Origin: an uncultured Acidobacteriota bacterium
Lineage (GTDB): Bacteria; Acidobacteriota; Vicinamibacteria; Fen-336
Assembly (NCBI GenBank): GCA_963720545.1
Contig: OY970399.1
Span: forward strand, 2,304,001 to 2,368,000
Length of the DNA stretch: 64,000 nucleotides
Direction: 5' to 3'
In this document: in pieces, positions 15,058-25,429 of the stretch
Numbering within the stretch: position 1 is the stretch's first letter
Layout: every line of letters begins with the position of its first letter
Notes under the pieces: generated by a model
The model's input: the letters and a program-made list of their open reading frames with translations, nothing else
Database searches by the model: none
What the model was told of the DNA's origin: nothing
Translations under genes and position numbers: made by a program

Positions 15058-16562
15058 CGAGCGCCCGCGGAGCGCTCGCCCGCGACACGTTCGGGCTGGG
15101 GCGTTCGGCAGCGGCGTCGGTGCTCATCGACGTGCTCATCGCGCTCGTCAACATCTTCGTCACGCGCGGGCTGGTGTCGCGGCTCGGCGTCGAGCCCTAC
15201 GGCATCCTCGGCATCGTCACGGTGCTCTCCGGCCAGCTGCTGATCCTGCAGTTCGGCGTGGGCCAGGCGCTCACCAGGCGGCTCGCCGAGTGCCGTGGGC
15301 GCCACGACGCCGCGGAGGCCGACCGCACCCGCCACGCCGGCTTCGCCATCTCGCTCGCGAGCGCCGTGATCCTGGGCGTGGTGTTTGCGAGCGCGGCGCC
15401 GGTAGCGTGGGCGCGGGCGGTGAACGCCACGCCCGCGGTGATGGCCGAAGCCGCGCGCTGCATCCCGCTCGCGGCCGCGGTGGTGGCGGCGCAGCCGATG
15501 CTGGTCGCGATGTACGGCGCGCTGTTCGGCGACGAACGCTTCCTCACAGCGTCCTTGTGCCGCTTCGGCCACGGCGTCGTGCGGCTGCTGGTGCCGCTGG
15601 TGCTCGTCATCGGTGGCGGCGGGGTCGCCGCGGTGCTCATGGGGCAGCTCGCCGTCGACTGGACGCTGGTGGCCGCGTGGCGCGCGACCCTGGGCCGGGC
15701 GCGCGCCGCGACGCGCGCCGAGCGCCTCGCCACGGCCCGCGGCCTGCTGGGGCTCGGCATTCCGTTCGCACTGGCGGCGGTGGTCGCGGCGATGCTCTAT
15801 GACGGCGAGAAGATCGGCATCACCGCCTTCCGCTCGGTTGCCGAGTTCACGCTCTATGCGGTGCCGTTCGGCGCGGCGGTGCGCTTCACCCTGTTCGGCG
15901 CGGCGGTGACCCAGTTCCTGGTTCCGCGCCTCACCAGCGTGCTCGCATCGGGGCGCGACGCCGAGGGCGCGCGCCTCTGCGCCCAGGCGACGCGCATGAC
16001 GACCGCCAGCACCGCGCTCGTGCTGCTGCCGGTCATCGCGCTCGCTCCCGACCTCGTCACGCTCTGGCTGGGGGCGAACTTCGGCTCGCAGGCGGGACTC
16101 TCGACACGTCTGGTGCTCCTGGGTGTGGTGCTGCTCGCGGCCTACAGCGGCGCTGCTTCCGTGGTGCGGGCGCGCGTGCGGCCGACGCGCCTGCTGGCGC
16201 TCTACCTTGCGGAGCTGCCGGTGTTCGCGGCGCTCGTCATCGAACTGGTGCCGCGCTACGGCATCGCCGGCGCAGGCGCCGCCTGGAGCGCGCGCGTGGC
16301 TTGCGACGGCATCGCGCAGTCGGTGATCGCAAGCCGCATCATGGGGCGCCCGGTGGGTCGTTGGGCCGTGTTCGCCGCACCGGCGCTCGCGCTGTTCCTG
16401 GTCGTCGCGTTCGCCGCGCCGGCGCTCGACTCGCATCCCGGCTTCCGCGGCCTCATCGGCATGTGCCTCGGTGTCGTGGCAGCACTGGTGGTGCTCGAGC
16501 GCGACGACTGGGACGCGCTGCGCCGCGCCCTGTGGAGAGCGCCCGCCGAGGCCCGCTCGTGA
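15054..16562 (+). CDS. wzx: Wzx-like polysaccharide flippase
   Basis: ~500 aa with many hydrophobic segments; LGVEPYG motif and P.YGIAGAGAAW; lies at the start of the GT cluster. Confidence 0.8.
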   Translation: MTSARGALARDTFGLGRSAAASVLIDVLIALVNIFVTRGLVSRLGVEPYGILGIVTVLSGQLLILQFGVGQALTRRLAECRGRHDAAEADRTRHAGFAISLASAVILGVVFASAAPVAWARAVNATPAVMAEAARCIPLAAAVVAAQPMLVAMYGALFGDERFLTASLCRFGHGVVRLLVPLVLVIGGGGVAAVLMGQLAVDWTLVAAWRATLGRARAATRAERLATARGLLGLGIPFALAAVVAAMLYDGEKIGITAFRSVAEFTLYAVPFGAAVRFTLFGAAVTQFLVPRLTSVLASGRDAEGARLCAQATRMTTASTALVLLPVIALAPDLVTLWLGANFGSQAGLSTRLVLLGVVLLAAYSGAASVVRARVRPTRLLALYLAELPVFAALVIELVPRYGIAGAGAAWSARVACDGIAQSVIASRIMGRPVGRWAVFAAPALALFLVVAFAAPALDSHPGFRGLIGMCLGVVAALVVLERDDWDALRRALWRAPAEARS

Positions 16563-17605
16563 ACGCCGCTCCGGCCGCGCCGCCGCGCACCCAGCCGCTC
16601 GACTCCTGCCCCATCTGTGGTGCTGCGACGCGCTCGGCCGGGACGTTCATGGAAGTGGCCGACCGCTGGCTGCACACGCCCGGCACGTTCCGCTACGTTC
16701 GCTGTCCGTCCTGCCAGACGGTGCACCAGTCGCCGCAGGTGCTGGCCGCCGACCTGGACGCGCTCTATCCGGGAAGCTATTTCACGCATCTGGAGCCACC
16801 GGTTGCGGCAGCGCCGTCGGCGCCGGCACGTGGCGCAGCGGGTTTGCGCGACGGCATCCGGGGCGCGGTGCGCGCGCACGTCCTTGGCGAAAGCGGCGCG
16901 GGCGCCGCCGGGAGGCTCCTCGCCCACAGCCGCCGCCTGCGCGAGCGCGCGTTCCACTCGCTGCCCGACGAGCTCATTCCTCGGCGCCTCGGCCTGCGCG
17001 CGCTCGATGTCGGCTGCGGCGCGGGCGAGCTGCTGGCGCGGCTCATGCAAGCCGGCTACGTGGCCGAAGGCCTCGACTTCGATCCGTTGGCCGCCGCCGC
17101 TGCCCGGGCGCACAGCGGTGCGGTGGTGCACAGCGGCGCATTCGAAAAGGCGCCGCTCGCGGAGGCGTCCTTCGACCTCGTGGTGCTGTCGCATTCCTTC
17201 GAGCACCTGCCGCAACCGCGCGCAGCGCTGCGGCGCATCGCCTCTCTGCTGCGCCCCGGCGGCCGCGCCGTCCTCCTCTATCCCAACCCCCGCAGCCTCG
17301 GCGCGTGGTGGTTCGGCACGGCCTGGCATTCCTGGGATCCGCCGCGGCACCTGACGCTGCCGCCGCCCGCGGCGATCCGGGCGCTGGGCGCCGCCTGCGG
17401 CCTGCGCTGCGTCACCCGCACGCGCAACCAGCGCGCGGCGGCGATCTACGCGGCCTCGCGCGCGCTGCGCGGCGGCTTCGAAGTCGATGCCGCAACCGCC
17501 TCCGCGGCAGACCGCGCCATGGCACTCGTGAGCGGCGCGCTGGTGGCCGCTGGCGCGCCAGCCGGAGAAGAGCTGGTCGTGACCCTCACCCGCGAGGCGC
17601 AATGA
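16559..17605 (+). CDS. Class I SAM methyltransferase with N-terminal Zn-ribbon
   Basis: CPIC...CPSC; LDVGCGAG; HSFEHL; PPRHL. Confidence 0.85.
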   Translation: MNAAPAAPPRTQPLDSCPICGAATRSAGTFMEVADRWLHTPGTFRYVRCPSCQTVHQSPQVLAADLDALYPGSYFTHLEPPVAAAPSAPARGAAGLRDGIRGAVRAHVLGESGAGAAGRLLAHSRRLRERAFHSLPDELIPRRLGLRALDVGCGAGELLARLMQAGYVAEGLDFDPLAAAAARAHSGAVVHSGAFEKAPLAEASFDLVVLSHSFEHLPQPRAALRRIASLLRPGGRAVLLYPNPRSLGAWWFGTAWHSWDPPRHLTLPPPAAIRALGAACGLRCVTRTRNQRAAAIYAASRALRGGFEVDAATASAADRAMALVSGALVAAGAPAGEELVVTLTREAQ

Positions 17606-18540
17606 ACGCCGCGCCGCGGGTCTCGATCACGATCGTCGCCTACAACTCCGCCGACGTCATCGCGCCGTGCCTGCAGTCGCTGCGCGCCGCGGTGCGCGAC
17701 GGCGTCGCCGAGGTGAGCGTCGTGGACAACGGTTCGCCGGACGAGAGCGCCGCGCTGGTCGCGGCCGAGTTCGGCTTCGCCGCGTTGATTCGCACCGGCG
17801 AGAACCGCGGCTTCGCGGGCGGCTGCAACGCTGCCTGGCCAACAGTTCGGGGCGACTACTGGCTGCTGCTCAACCCGGACACGGTGGTCCCCAGGGGCGG
17901 CGTCGAGGCGCTCACCGCCTTCATGGACGAGCATCCCGCGCTGGGCGCGGCGAGTCCCGCGTTCGTGGATTCGCTGGGCCGCGTCAGCCGCTCCGGCCGG
18001 CGCCTGCCGTCCACCCTGCGCACCCTCGCCGAACTCACGCGCGCACACCTGCTGCTGCCGCGGCGGCTGCGCGCCTCGTTCCTGCTCGGCAGCTACGACG
18101 ACGCCGCGCGGCGACTCGATTGCGACTGGGTGCCGGGCGCCGCGCTCATCGTGCGCCGCGCGGCGGTGACAGCCGCCGGGCTCATGGCGGAGGACATGTT
18201 CCTCTACGGTGAAGACATGGAATGGTGCCACCGGATCCGCAAGGCGGGCTTCGGCATCGGCGCCTGCAACGAGCTCGTCTTCACGCACGCGGGGAGCACC
18301 AGCATCGTGCGCACCTTCGGCGAGGCGGAACGCGACTTCCGCATGTGGCGCGGCATGCACCTCGCCACGTGCAAGATCCGCGGGCGCGTGCGCGCCGCCC
18401 TGATCCTGCGGCTCCTGGCCCTGGGACAGTGGCTGGAAGCGCGGCATCCGCGCCGCTCCGCCGCGGGCCGCGCCAGGAGCGAACGGCAGTTGCGCGCCGC
18501 GCGCGCCGTGATCCGCGGCAAGGAGGCACCGCTCGCATGA
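17602..18540 (+). CDS. GT2 glycosyltransferase (rhamnosyltransferase-like)
   Basis: VVDNGS, NRGFAGGCN, LLNPD, FLYGEDMEWC. Confidence 0.88.
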   Translation: MNAAPRVSITIVAYNSADVIAPCLQSLRAAVRDGVAEVSVVDNGSPDESAALVAAEFGFAALIRTGENRGFAGGCNAAWPTVRGDYWLLLNPDTVVPRGGVEALTAFMDEHPALGAASPAFVDSLGRVSRSGRRLPSTLRTLAELTRAHLLLPRRLRASFLLGSYDDAARRLDCDWVPGAALIVRRAAVTAAGLMAEDMFLYGEDMEWCHRIRKAGFGIGACNELVFTHAGSTSIVRTFGEAERDFRMWRGMHLATCKIRGRVRAALILRLLALGQWLEARHPRRSAAGRARSERQLRAARAVIRGKEAPLA

Positions 18541-19529
18541 CGGCGCCGGCTGCGACCATCATCATTCCGAGCCGCGGCCGCATCGATGCGCTCGCTCAGA
18601 CGCTCGCCGCCCTTGGCGAGCTTGAGCCATCGCCGGCGTGGGAAGTGATCGTGGTCGACAACGGCTCGGCCGCCGCTGAGGTGCGCGAAACCGAGGCGCT
18701 CCTGGCGCGGCTCGGACCGCGCGGCCGCCTGGTCGGCGAAACCAGGCCCGGCCCGGCGGCCGCGCGCAACCGCGGCGCGGCGCAGGCGCAGGCGCCGCTC
18801 CTCATCTTCATAGACAACGACATCCTGGTGCGGCCCGATTTCGTCGCGCTGCACGTCGAAGCCCAGCGACTGGCCGGAGGCGCGTGGGTGATCGGGCGCA
18901 TCGTGCACTCGCCGCGGCTTCGCGAAACTGCCTTCGGCCGCTACCGCGATGCGGTCTGGGAGCGTTTTCATGAAGAACAGGGCGGGGTGCGTCTCGCGGA
19001 GACGGCGGGGATGAGCGCCGCGAACCTGGGCGTCGCGCGCACGCAGTTCCAGGAGCTGGGCGGCTTCGACGAGCAGTTTGCGATCGCGTCGTGCGAAGAC
19101 GCCGAACTCGGCTACCGGGCGCGCGCCCGCGGCCACCGCATCGTCTACGACCCGCAGAACGTGGTGCTGCACAACGACTGGGCCATCACCCTCGAGTCGT
19201 TCTGCGAGCGGCAGCGGCTCTACAGCATTTCCGACGTGCTGCTGCACCGCAAGTACGGCGAACGCAGCCCGCGCGCCGCGCTGCTGCTCGCGATGTCGCC
19301 GCGAAGTGCCGTGGACGGCCGCGGCTCGCGGGTGCGCAAGGCGCTGCGCGCGACGCTCGCAATGAAGCCGCTGCGCGCCGCTGCCACGCTTTTCGCCAGG
19401 GCCCTCGGGCGCGTGAGCCCGGACAGCGCGCTCGCGCGCCGCGCCTATGACGTTGTGGTCGGACTCGCGATCCGCGACGGCGTGCGCGAGGGCCTGCGGC
19501 GCTACGGCGCGCCCGGGGACAATCCCTAA
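18537..19529 (+). CDS. GT2 glycosyltransferase
   Basis: VVDNGS, GPAAARN, FIDND, GGFDE, CEDAEL. Confidence 0.88.
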   Translation: MTAPAATIIIPSRGRIDALAQTLAALGELEPSPAWEVIVVDNGSAAAEVRETEALLARLGPRGRLVGETRPGPAAARNRGAAQAQAPLLIFIDNDILVRPDFVALHVEAQRLAGGAWVIGRIVHSPRLRETAFGRYRDAVWERFHEEQGGVRLAETAGMSAANLGVARTQFQELGGFDEQFAIASCEDAELGYRARARGHRIVYDPQNVVLHNDWAITLESFCERQRLYSISDVLLHRKYGERSPRAALLLAMSPRSAVDGRGSRVRKALRATLAMKPLRAAATLFARALGRVSPDSALARRAYDVVVGLAIRDGVREGLRRYGAPGDNP

Positions 19530-20633
19530 GTGAAGCCGAAGCCGGAGCCAAGGGCGCGCATCGTGCACCTCATCGACCGCAACGCCGACACCGCCTACTT
19601 CCGCGCGATCGCGCGCCATCACGACGCGGCGCGCTATCCGGTCAGCATCGGCTCGCTGGCCGCGGCCGGGCCGCTGCAGGCGGCGATGCAGGAACTGGGC
19701 GTCGCCACCTTCGCGCTCGGCGCCTCCCGGCGTTCGCAATACGCCGGCGCGGTGCGCCGCCTGGCCGCGCAGGTCGCGCGTCCACCGGTGATCCTGCACG
19801 CGCACTGCTTCGACCCGACGCTCGTGGGCCTCGCTGCCGCCTGGTGGCGCGGCGCACCCTTCGTCTTCACCCGCCATCATTCCGACCATCACATTCGCCT
19901 CGGCAAGGTCTGGCACACGCGCCTCGACGCGCACAGCGCGCGCCGCGCCGCGCGCGTCATCGCGGTCTCGGAAGCCACGCGCCGCATCCTCATCGATGTC
20001 GAGGGCGTGCCCGCGGCGAAGATCGCCGTGGTGCGCAACGGCATGGAGCGCATGCGCCAGCCCGCCGCCGCGGCGATCGCCGCCCTGCGCGGCAGCGTGC
20101 CGGCCGGGACGCGCATCGTCCTGCACGTGGCTCGGCTGCACGAGGAGAAGGGCCACGCGGTGCTGTTCGCGGCGCTGCCCGCGGTGCTCGCCGCCGCCGG
20201 TCCGCTGGTCGTCTGGCTTGCCGGTTCCGGCAGGGAGCGCGCGGCGCTCAGCGCGCAGCTCGAGGCGCTCGAGCTCCAGCACGTGGTCTCGTTCCTCGGC
20301 GAACGCCAGGACATTCCGGAGCTGCTCGCGGCCGCGGACGCGGTGGTGCTGCCGAGCCTGGCGGAATCCTTCGGCTTCGCAGCGCTCGAGGCGCTCGCGG
20401 CTTCGCGACCGCTGGTGGTGAGCGACGCGGGCGGATTGCCCGAGATGGTGGGCGAGGCGGCGCTGGTTGTGCCGCGCGGCGAGAGCGGTCCGCTCGGCGC
20501 GGCGCTCACGCACCTCCTCAACGACCAGGCGCTCGCGGCGCGCCTGCGGGCCGCGGGGCCGGCTCGCGCCGCTCTCTTCGACGCCGCGGAAATGGTGCGC
20601 GGCTACGAGAAGGTCTATGACCAACTCGATTGA
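19530..20633 (+). CDS. GT4 glycosyltransferase
   Basis: ARL..EKG; PSLAESFGFAALEA (Ex7E). Confidence 0.88.
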   Translation: MKPKPEPRARIVHLIDRNADTAYFRAIARHHDAARYPVSIGSLAAAGPLQAAMQELGVATFALGASRRSQYAGAVRRLAAQVARPPVILHAHCFDPTLVGLAAAWWRGAPFVFTRHHSDHHIRLGKVWHTRLDAHSARRAARVIAVSEATRRILIDVEGVPAAKIAVVRNGMERMRQPAAAAIAALRGSVPAGTRIVLHVARLHEEKGHAVLFAALPAVLAAAGPLVVWLAGSGRERAALSAQLEALELQHVVSFLGERQDIPELLAAADAVVLPSLAESFGFAALEALAASRPLVVSDAGGLPEMVGEAALVVPRGESGPLGAALTHLLNDQALAARLRAAGPARAALFDAAEMVRGYEKVYDQLD

Positions 20634-21642
20634 GCCGGTCGCCGCCAGCATCATCATCACCACCCTGAACCGCAAGGACGCCTTGCTCGAGACGCTGCGG
20701 GCGGTCGCCGGCCAGCAACCCGGCACGCCGGCGTTCGAGATCCTGGTGACCGACGACGGCTCGACCGACGGCACCAGCGAAGCCGTCGCCGCCCTCGACC
20801 TCGGCGTGCCCTTGAAGACGTTCCGCCACCCGCGCAACAAGGGCATTTCCGCCGGCCGCAACCTTGCGATCAGCGAGGCGCGTGGCCGGGCACTCATCCT
20901 GCTGAGCGACGACCTGCTGGTGCCGCCCGCCTTCGTGCGGCAGCACCTCGCGACGCTGCGTGAAAACCCCGGCTTCTGGGTGGTGGGCGGGGTCCGCCAG
21001 CTGCCCTCGCTGCGCGCCACCGCCTTCGGCCGATACCTCGACGACCTCGAGGAGAGCTTTACGGCCGCGCGCAAGACGACGCCGCTGCGCGCCGGGCTCT
21101 GGGAGCTGCACACGCCGACCGCCCGCAACCTGTCGCTGCCGCGCGCCGACTTCGACCAGGCGGGCCCGTTCGACGAACGCTTCCGGGTCACCTGCGAGGA
21201 CCAGGACCTGGCAGTGCGCGCCCGCGACCTTGGGATCCGCTTCCTCTATGACGAGAGCATCGACTGCGTGCACAACGACCAGGCGGGCGACCTGCTCCGC
21301 TGCTGCCGCGGCCAGCGCCGCGGCACCCACGACACGGTGCTGTTGTGCGCCAAGTACCCCGTGACACACAAGGACAGCCGCTTTATCAGCGAATGTGGAC
21401 CGCTACGCGCCGGCGACGGGCCGCGCCTGTGGCTCAGGAAGATGGTGAAAGCTTCGTTGTCGACCGATGCGGGCCTGCGCCTCGCCGGCGCGATGATCGC
21501 CGCCTGCGAGAGCGTGGGAGCCACGGAACGCGTGCTGCGTTCCCTCTACCGACGATTGATAGGCCTCTACACCTTTCGCGGCTGGCGCGAAGGCCTGGCA
21601 ACCGTGCATGCCGCGCACGGCTCCCTGGGAGGACTCCTGTGA
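20617..21642 (+). CDS. GT2 glycosyltransferase
   Basis: TDDGSTD, AGRN, LSDD, PFDE, CEDQDL. Confidence 0.86.
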   Translation: MTNSIEPVAASIIITTLNRKDALLETLRAVAGQQPGTPAFEILVTDDGSTDGTSEAVAALDLGVPLKTFRHPRNKGISAGRNLAISEARGRALILLSDDLLVPPAFVRQHLATLRENPGFWVVGGVRQLPSLRATAFGRYLDDLEESFTAARKTTPLRAGLWELHTPTARNLSLPRADFDQAGPFDERFRVTCEDQDLAVRARDLGIRFLYDESIDCVHNDQAGDLLRCCRGQRRGTHDTVLLCAKYPVTHKDSRFISECGPLRAGDGPRLWLRKMVKASLSTDAGLRLAGAMIAACESVGATERVLRSLYRRLIGLYTFRGWREGLATVHAAHGSLGGLL

Positions 21643-21853
21643 CGAGGTTTGCCAGGCGCGCCGCGCGCTCAAGCGGCTCGCGTCTCACGGCCAGTACCGC
21701 CCTCCTGATTTCGCCATAGGTGTGGTGGTCGGGCGCCCGACGACATGACGTTCGGCGCGAACCACCGGAGCGAGCCCCTGCGGTCGGAGCGCGCATCCAG
21801 TCGGGCTGGCGCTGGGGCCTGGGGCAGTATCGAGGGGGCGCATAATACCGGCC

Positions 21854-22450
21854 ATGTGGACGCCTCGCGACCTCAAGGAAGGCGTGGCGCGGCTGCTCGG
21901 CCGTCCGCGGCGCGACGATTTCCTGCGGCTGTTGCCGAAATACTCGATCGGCGCCGAGATCGGCGTGTTCCGCGGCCAGTACACCGATCACATCCTGCGC
22001 ATCGCGAAGCCGCGCGAACTGCACCTCATCGACGGTTGGTGGCTCGTCTACGGCGAGCGCTTCCCCGACTGGGGCGCCTACACCGATCACGGCCGCCTCA
22101 CGACACACGCGGCTTACAACGAAGTCCGCCGGATCGTCCGCCGCCGCGGCGCCGCGGACAAGGTGCGGATCCACGTGGCCGAGGACCTGGTCTGCCTCGA
22201 GGCGTTCTCCGAACGCAGCTTCGACTGGGTCTATCTCGATTCCTCGCATCAATACGAGCACACCCGCGACGAGCTGCAGCTGCTGCTGCCGCGCATGCGC
22301 AGCGGCGGCGTCATCAGCGGCGACGACTGGCAGGACGACCCGGCGCACCCGCACCACGGCGTCGCCAGGGCGGTCGGCGAATTCTGCGACCGGCACGGCT
22401 GGTCGCTGCAGCATCGGGATGCCTTCGGCCAGTGGCTCATCAAATCCTGA
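21854..22450 (+). CDS. SAM methyltransferase (Methyltransf_24-like)
   Basis: AEIGVFRG, FDWVYLDSSHQYE, GGVISGDD. Confidence 0.82.
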   Translation: MWTPRDLKEGVARLLGRPRRDDFLRLLPKYSIGAEIGVFRGQYTDHILRIAKPRELHLIDGWWLVYGERFPDWGAYTDHGRLTTHAAYNEVRRIVRRRGAADKVRIHVAEDLVCLEAFSERSFDWVYLDSSHQYEHTRDELQLLLPRMRSGGVISGDDWQDDPAHPHHGVARAVGEFCDRHGWSLQHRDAFGQWLIKS

Positions 22451-22457
22451 GCGCGCG

Positions 22458-24563
22458 ATGCGGGTGAGCGTGGTGGTCCCGGTCTTCAACCAGCAGCGCT
22501 ATGTCGCCGAGGCGGTCGCAAGCGCGCTCGCCCAGAGCCGCGCCGCGCACGAGGTGATCGTGGTGGACGACGGCTCCACCGACGGCACGGCGCAGGCACT
22601 CGACGGGTTCGGTGCCGCGATCACCGTCCTGCGCCAGGAAAACCGCGGGGTCGCGGCCGCGCGCAACCGCGGCATCGCGGCGGCGTCCGGCGACGCGGTG
22701 GCGTTGCTCGACGCCGACGACGTCTGGGAAGAGGACAAGCTCGCGGCGCAGGTCAAGGCCTGCAGCGCTTCGGGCGCCGGTCTCGTGCACTGCGGCGTCA
22801 CCGACATCGACGCCGGCGGCGGCGCGCTGCGCACGCATCTGGACGGGCTGTCGGGATCGGTGTGGAAGGAGATGCTGCTGCTGCGCCGTCCCGTCATCCT
22901 CGGCGGCGGCAGCGGCGCACTCATACCGCGTGCCGTACTGGAGGCCGTCGGCGGCTTCGACGAGACGCTCTCGACCTCGGCCGACTGGGACCTCTATTAC
23001 CGCATCGCCCGGCGCTACCAGGCGGCGTTCGTGCCGCGGCCGCTGCTGCGCTATCGCATCCATGCCGGCAACATGCACGCCGGCATCGGGGCGATGGAGC
23101 GCGACATGCTACGCGCCTACGCGAAGGCCTTTGCCGAACCAGACCCCGCGGTGCATGCGTTGCGCCGGCGCGCGTCGGGGCGGCTGCATGCCGTGCTCGC
23201 GGGCTCGCACTACCGCGCGGGCAGTCTCTCGGGCTTTGCCCGCAATGCTCTCGCTGCCGTCAGCCGCACGCCGAGCGCCGCCCTGCGCTTCGCCGCCTAT
23301 CCGCTGCGGCGGCTGCGCCCGCGGCGCGCGGCGCGGCCCGGCGCGCTCTACGTCTGCTACCTCGACGTGCGCGAGCCGCTGGTCGAGACGCAGGTGCTTG
23401 CCTACGTGCGCGGCCTGGCGCGCGCCGGCTATCGCATGCACCTGCTCACCTTCAACGCACCGCATCCGCATGCCGCCGAGCGCACCGCGCTGCGCGAGCG
23501 GCTGGCGCAAGACGGCATCCGGTGGCACGCGGCCCGGTATCACCGGCGGCCGTCGCTGCCCGCGACGCTCTACGACATCGCGGCCGGCAACCTGCGCGCG
23601 TTGTGGTTGTGCGCGCGCCACCGCTTGTCGCTGGTGCATGGCCGCTCGCACGTCGGCGCCGCGATGGGCCTCGGCGCACAGGCGCTGCTGGGCGCGAAGC
23701 TCGTCTTCGACATCCGCGGCCTGCTCGCCGAGGAATACGTGAGTGCCGGCCACTGGCGCCAGGGGGGCCTGGCCGCGCGCCTGACGGAAAAGGCTCAGCG
23801 CTTCCTCATCGGCCACGCGGACGGGCTCGTGGTGCTGACCGAACGCATGCGTACCGAGCTCGCTGCGGTGCGCCCGGTAGACGCTACGGCGCCGCTCGTG
23901 GTGATTCCATGCTGCGTCGACGGCGCGGTGTTCGCCGCCGGCGCCGATCGCCAGCAGCAGCGCCTCGCCCTCGGACTAGCGGCGCGGCGCGTGCTGCTCT
24001 ACGTCGGCAAGCTCGGCGCCCGCTACGGCGTCGCCGACACCGTGGCGCTCTTCGATATCCTGCGGCACCGCGACCCGCGGTGGTTCCTGATGGTCCTGAC
24101 CCAGAGCGAGCCTGGCGAACTGGCAGCGGCGCTCACCGCCGCCGGGCTGCGCGACGGCGCCGATTACCGCATCGGCCGCGCTCGGCCGCGCGAGATCGGC
24201 GCGCAGATGATCGCCGCCGACGCCGGTGTCGCCCTGCTCCTGGGCGCCCCCGCCGAACGCGCCTCGTCGCCGACGAAAGTGGGCGAGTACCTGGCCGCCG
24301 GCCTGCCGGTCGCCGTCACCGTCGATGTCGGCGACCTCGACGCGCTCCTCGGCGCGCATCGCTGCGGCGCCTTCTTCGTCCGCGGCAGCGAGCGCGGACT
24401 CGAGGCCACAGCCGAGCAACTGGAGGCGCTCGTCGACGATCCCGGCACCCGGGCCCGCTGCCTCGACCTCGCGGCGCGCGAGCTCTCGGTTGCCGGCATC
24501 GGCGTGCCTCGCTACCAAAGCCTGTATGCGCAGCTCATCGGCGTGACGGAGACCGCGCGATGA
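22458..24563 (+). CDS. Fused GT2-GT4 glycosyltransferase
   Basis: N-terminal VDDGSTD and LDADD; C-terminal GT-B with SPTKVGEYLAAGLPV; one continuous ORF. Confidence 0.85.
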   Translation: MRVSVVVPVFNQQRYVAEAVASALAQSRAAHEVIVVDDGSTDGTAQALDGFGAAITVLRQENRGVAAARNRGIAAASGDAVALLDADDVWEEDKLAAQVKACSASGAGLVHCGVTDIDAGGGALRTHLDGLSGSVWKEMLLLRRPVILGGGSGALIPRAVLEAVGGFDETLSTSADWDLYYRIARRYQAAFVPRPLLRYRIHAGNMHAGIGAMERDMLRAYAKAFAEPDPAVHALRRRASGRLHAVLAGSHYRAGSLSGFARNALAAVSRTPSAALRFAAYPLRRLRPRRAARPGALYVCYLDVREPLVETQVLAYVRGLARAGYRMHLLTFNAPHPHAAERTALRERLAQDGIRWHAARYHRRPSLPATLYDIAAGNLRALWLCARHRLSLVHGRSHVGAAMGLGAQALLGAKLVFDIRGLLAEEYVSAGHWRQGGLAARLTEKAQRFLIGHADGLVVLTERMRTELAAVRPVDATAPLVVIPCCVDGAVFAAGADRQQQRLALGLAARRVLLYVGKLGARYGVADTVALFDILRHRDPRWFLMVLTQSEPGELAAALTAAGLRDGADYRIGRARPREIGAQMIAADAGVALLLGAPAERASSPTKVGEYLAAGLPVAVTVDVGDLDALLGAHRCGAFFVRGSERGLEATAEQLEALVDDPGTRARCLDLAARELSVAGIGVPRYQSLYAQLIGVTETAR

Positions 24564-25429
24564 GTGTTCGCTGCGTGGCGTGCGACACCGCCGGTGCTCA
24601 GCGCGACCTTGGAATGAAGCACGGCTTCGCGCTGCAGGAGTGTGCCGGGTGCCGCTCGCTCTCCGTCACGGCGCTGCCCACGGGTGCCGCCGCCTCTGAT
24701 CTCTATCAAGACGCCTATCGCGAACCCGAACCGCCGCCGCCACACGCGGTGCGTTCTCTGGAGCGACTGGTGGACGCGGCCGAGCCGTGGCGCTCGCAGG
24801 GTCGCTGGCTCGACGTCGGCTTCGGCGCCGGCGACCTGCTCGACATCGCGGCCCGGCGCGGCTGGCAAACCTACGGCACCGAGGTGTCGCGGCCGGCCCT
24901 GGCGCGCGCTCAGGCCCGCGGCCACGTGGTTGCGGACGCGTTCGCGGACCAGCTCTTCCGTCCCGGAAGCTTCGACGTAGTCACCATGGTCGAGCTCGTC
25001 GAGCACGTGCCGGCCGCAGCGTTTTTCCTCGGCGCGGCGCACCGCCTGCTGCGTCCGGGCGGCCTGCTCTACGTCAGCACCCCCAACGCGCGCTCGCTGA
25101 ACCGCCGCGTCCTCGGCAGCGCGTGGAGCGTGGTGTCGCCGCCCGACCACCTGGTGCTCTTCAGCCCGCAAGCGCTCACGGCGCGGGTGCGCGCCGCCGG
25201 CTTCGCGGTGCGCACGGTGCGCTGCGAGGGGCTCAACCCGGCGGAACTCCTGGCACGGCTGCGCCGGCGGCAGCTGTCGCCCTCGTTCCATCGCCAGCAG
25301 GCCGCCACCGAGGTCGCGGAAGCGTTCACGCGCAGCCCGCTGCGGCGCGCGGCGAAGCGCGCCGCCAACAGCCTCCTCAGCCCGCCACGGCTCGGCGACA
25401 CCATCAAGATATGGTCGGTGCGCCCATGA
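24560..25429 (+). CDS. Class I SAM methyltransferase with N-terminal Cys pairs
   Basis: CVAC...CAGC; LDVGFGAG; ELVEHV; STPN. Confidence 0.85.
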   Translation: MSVRCVACDTAGAQRDLGMKHGFALQECAGCRSLSVTALPTGAAASDLYQDAYREPEPPPPHAVRSLERLVDAAEPWRSQGRWLDVGFGAGDLLDIAARRGWQTYGTEVSRPALARAQARGHVVADAFADQLFRPGSFDVVTMVELVEHVPAAAFFLGAAHRLLRPGGLLYVSTPNARSLNRRVLGSAWSVVSPPDHLVLFSPQALTARVRAAGFAVRTVRCEGLNPAELLARLRRRQLSPSFHRQQAATEVAEAFTRSPLRRAAKRAANSLLSPPRLGDTIKIWSVRP

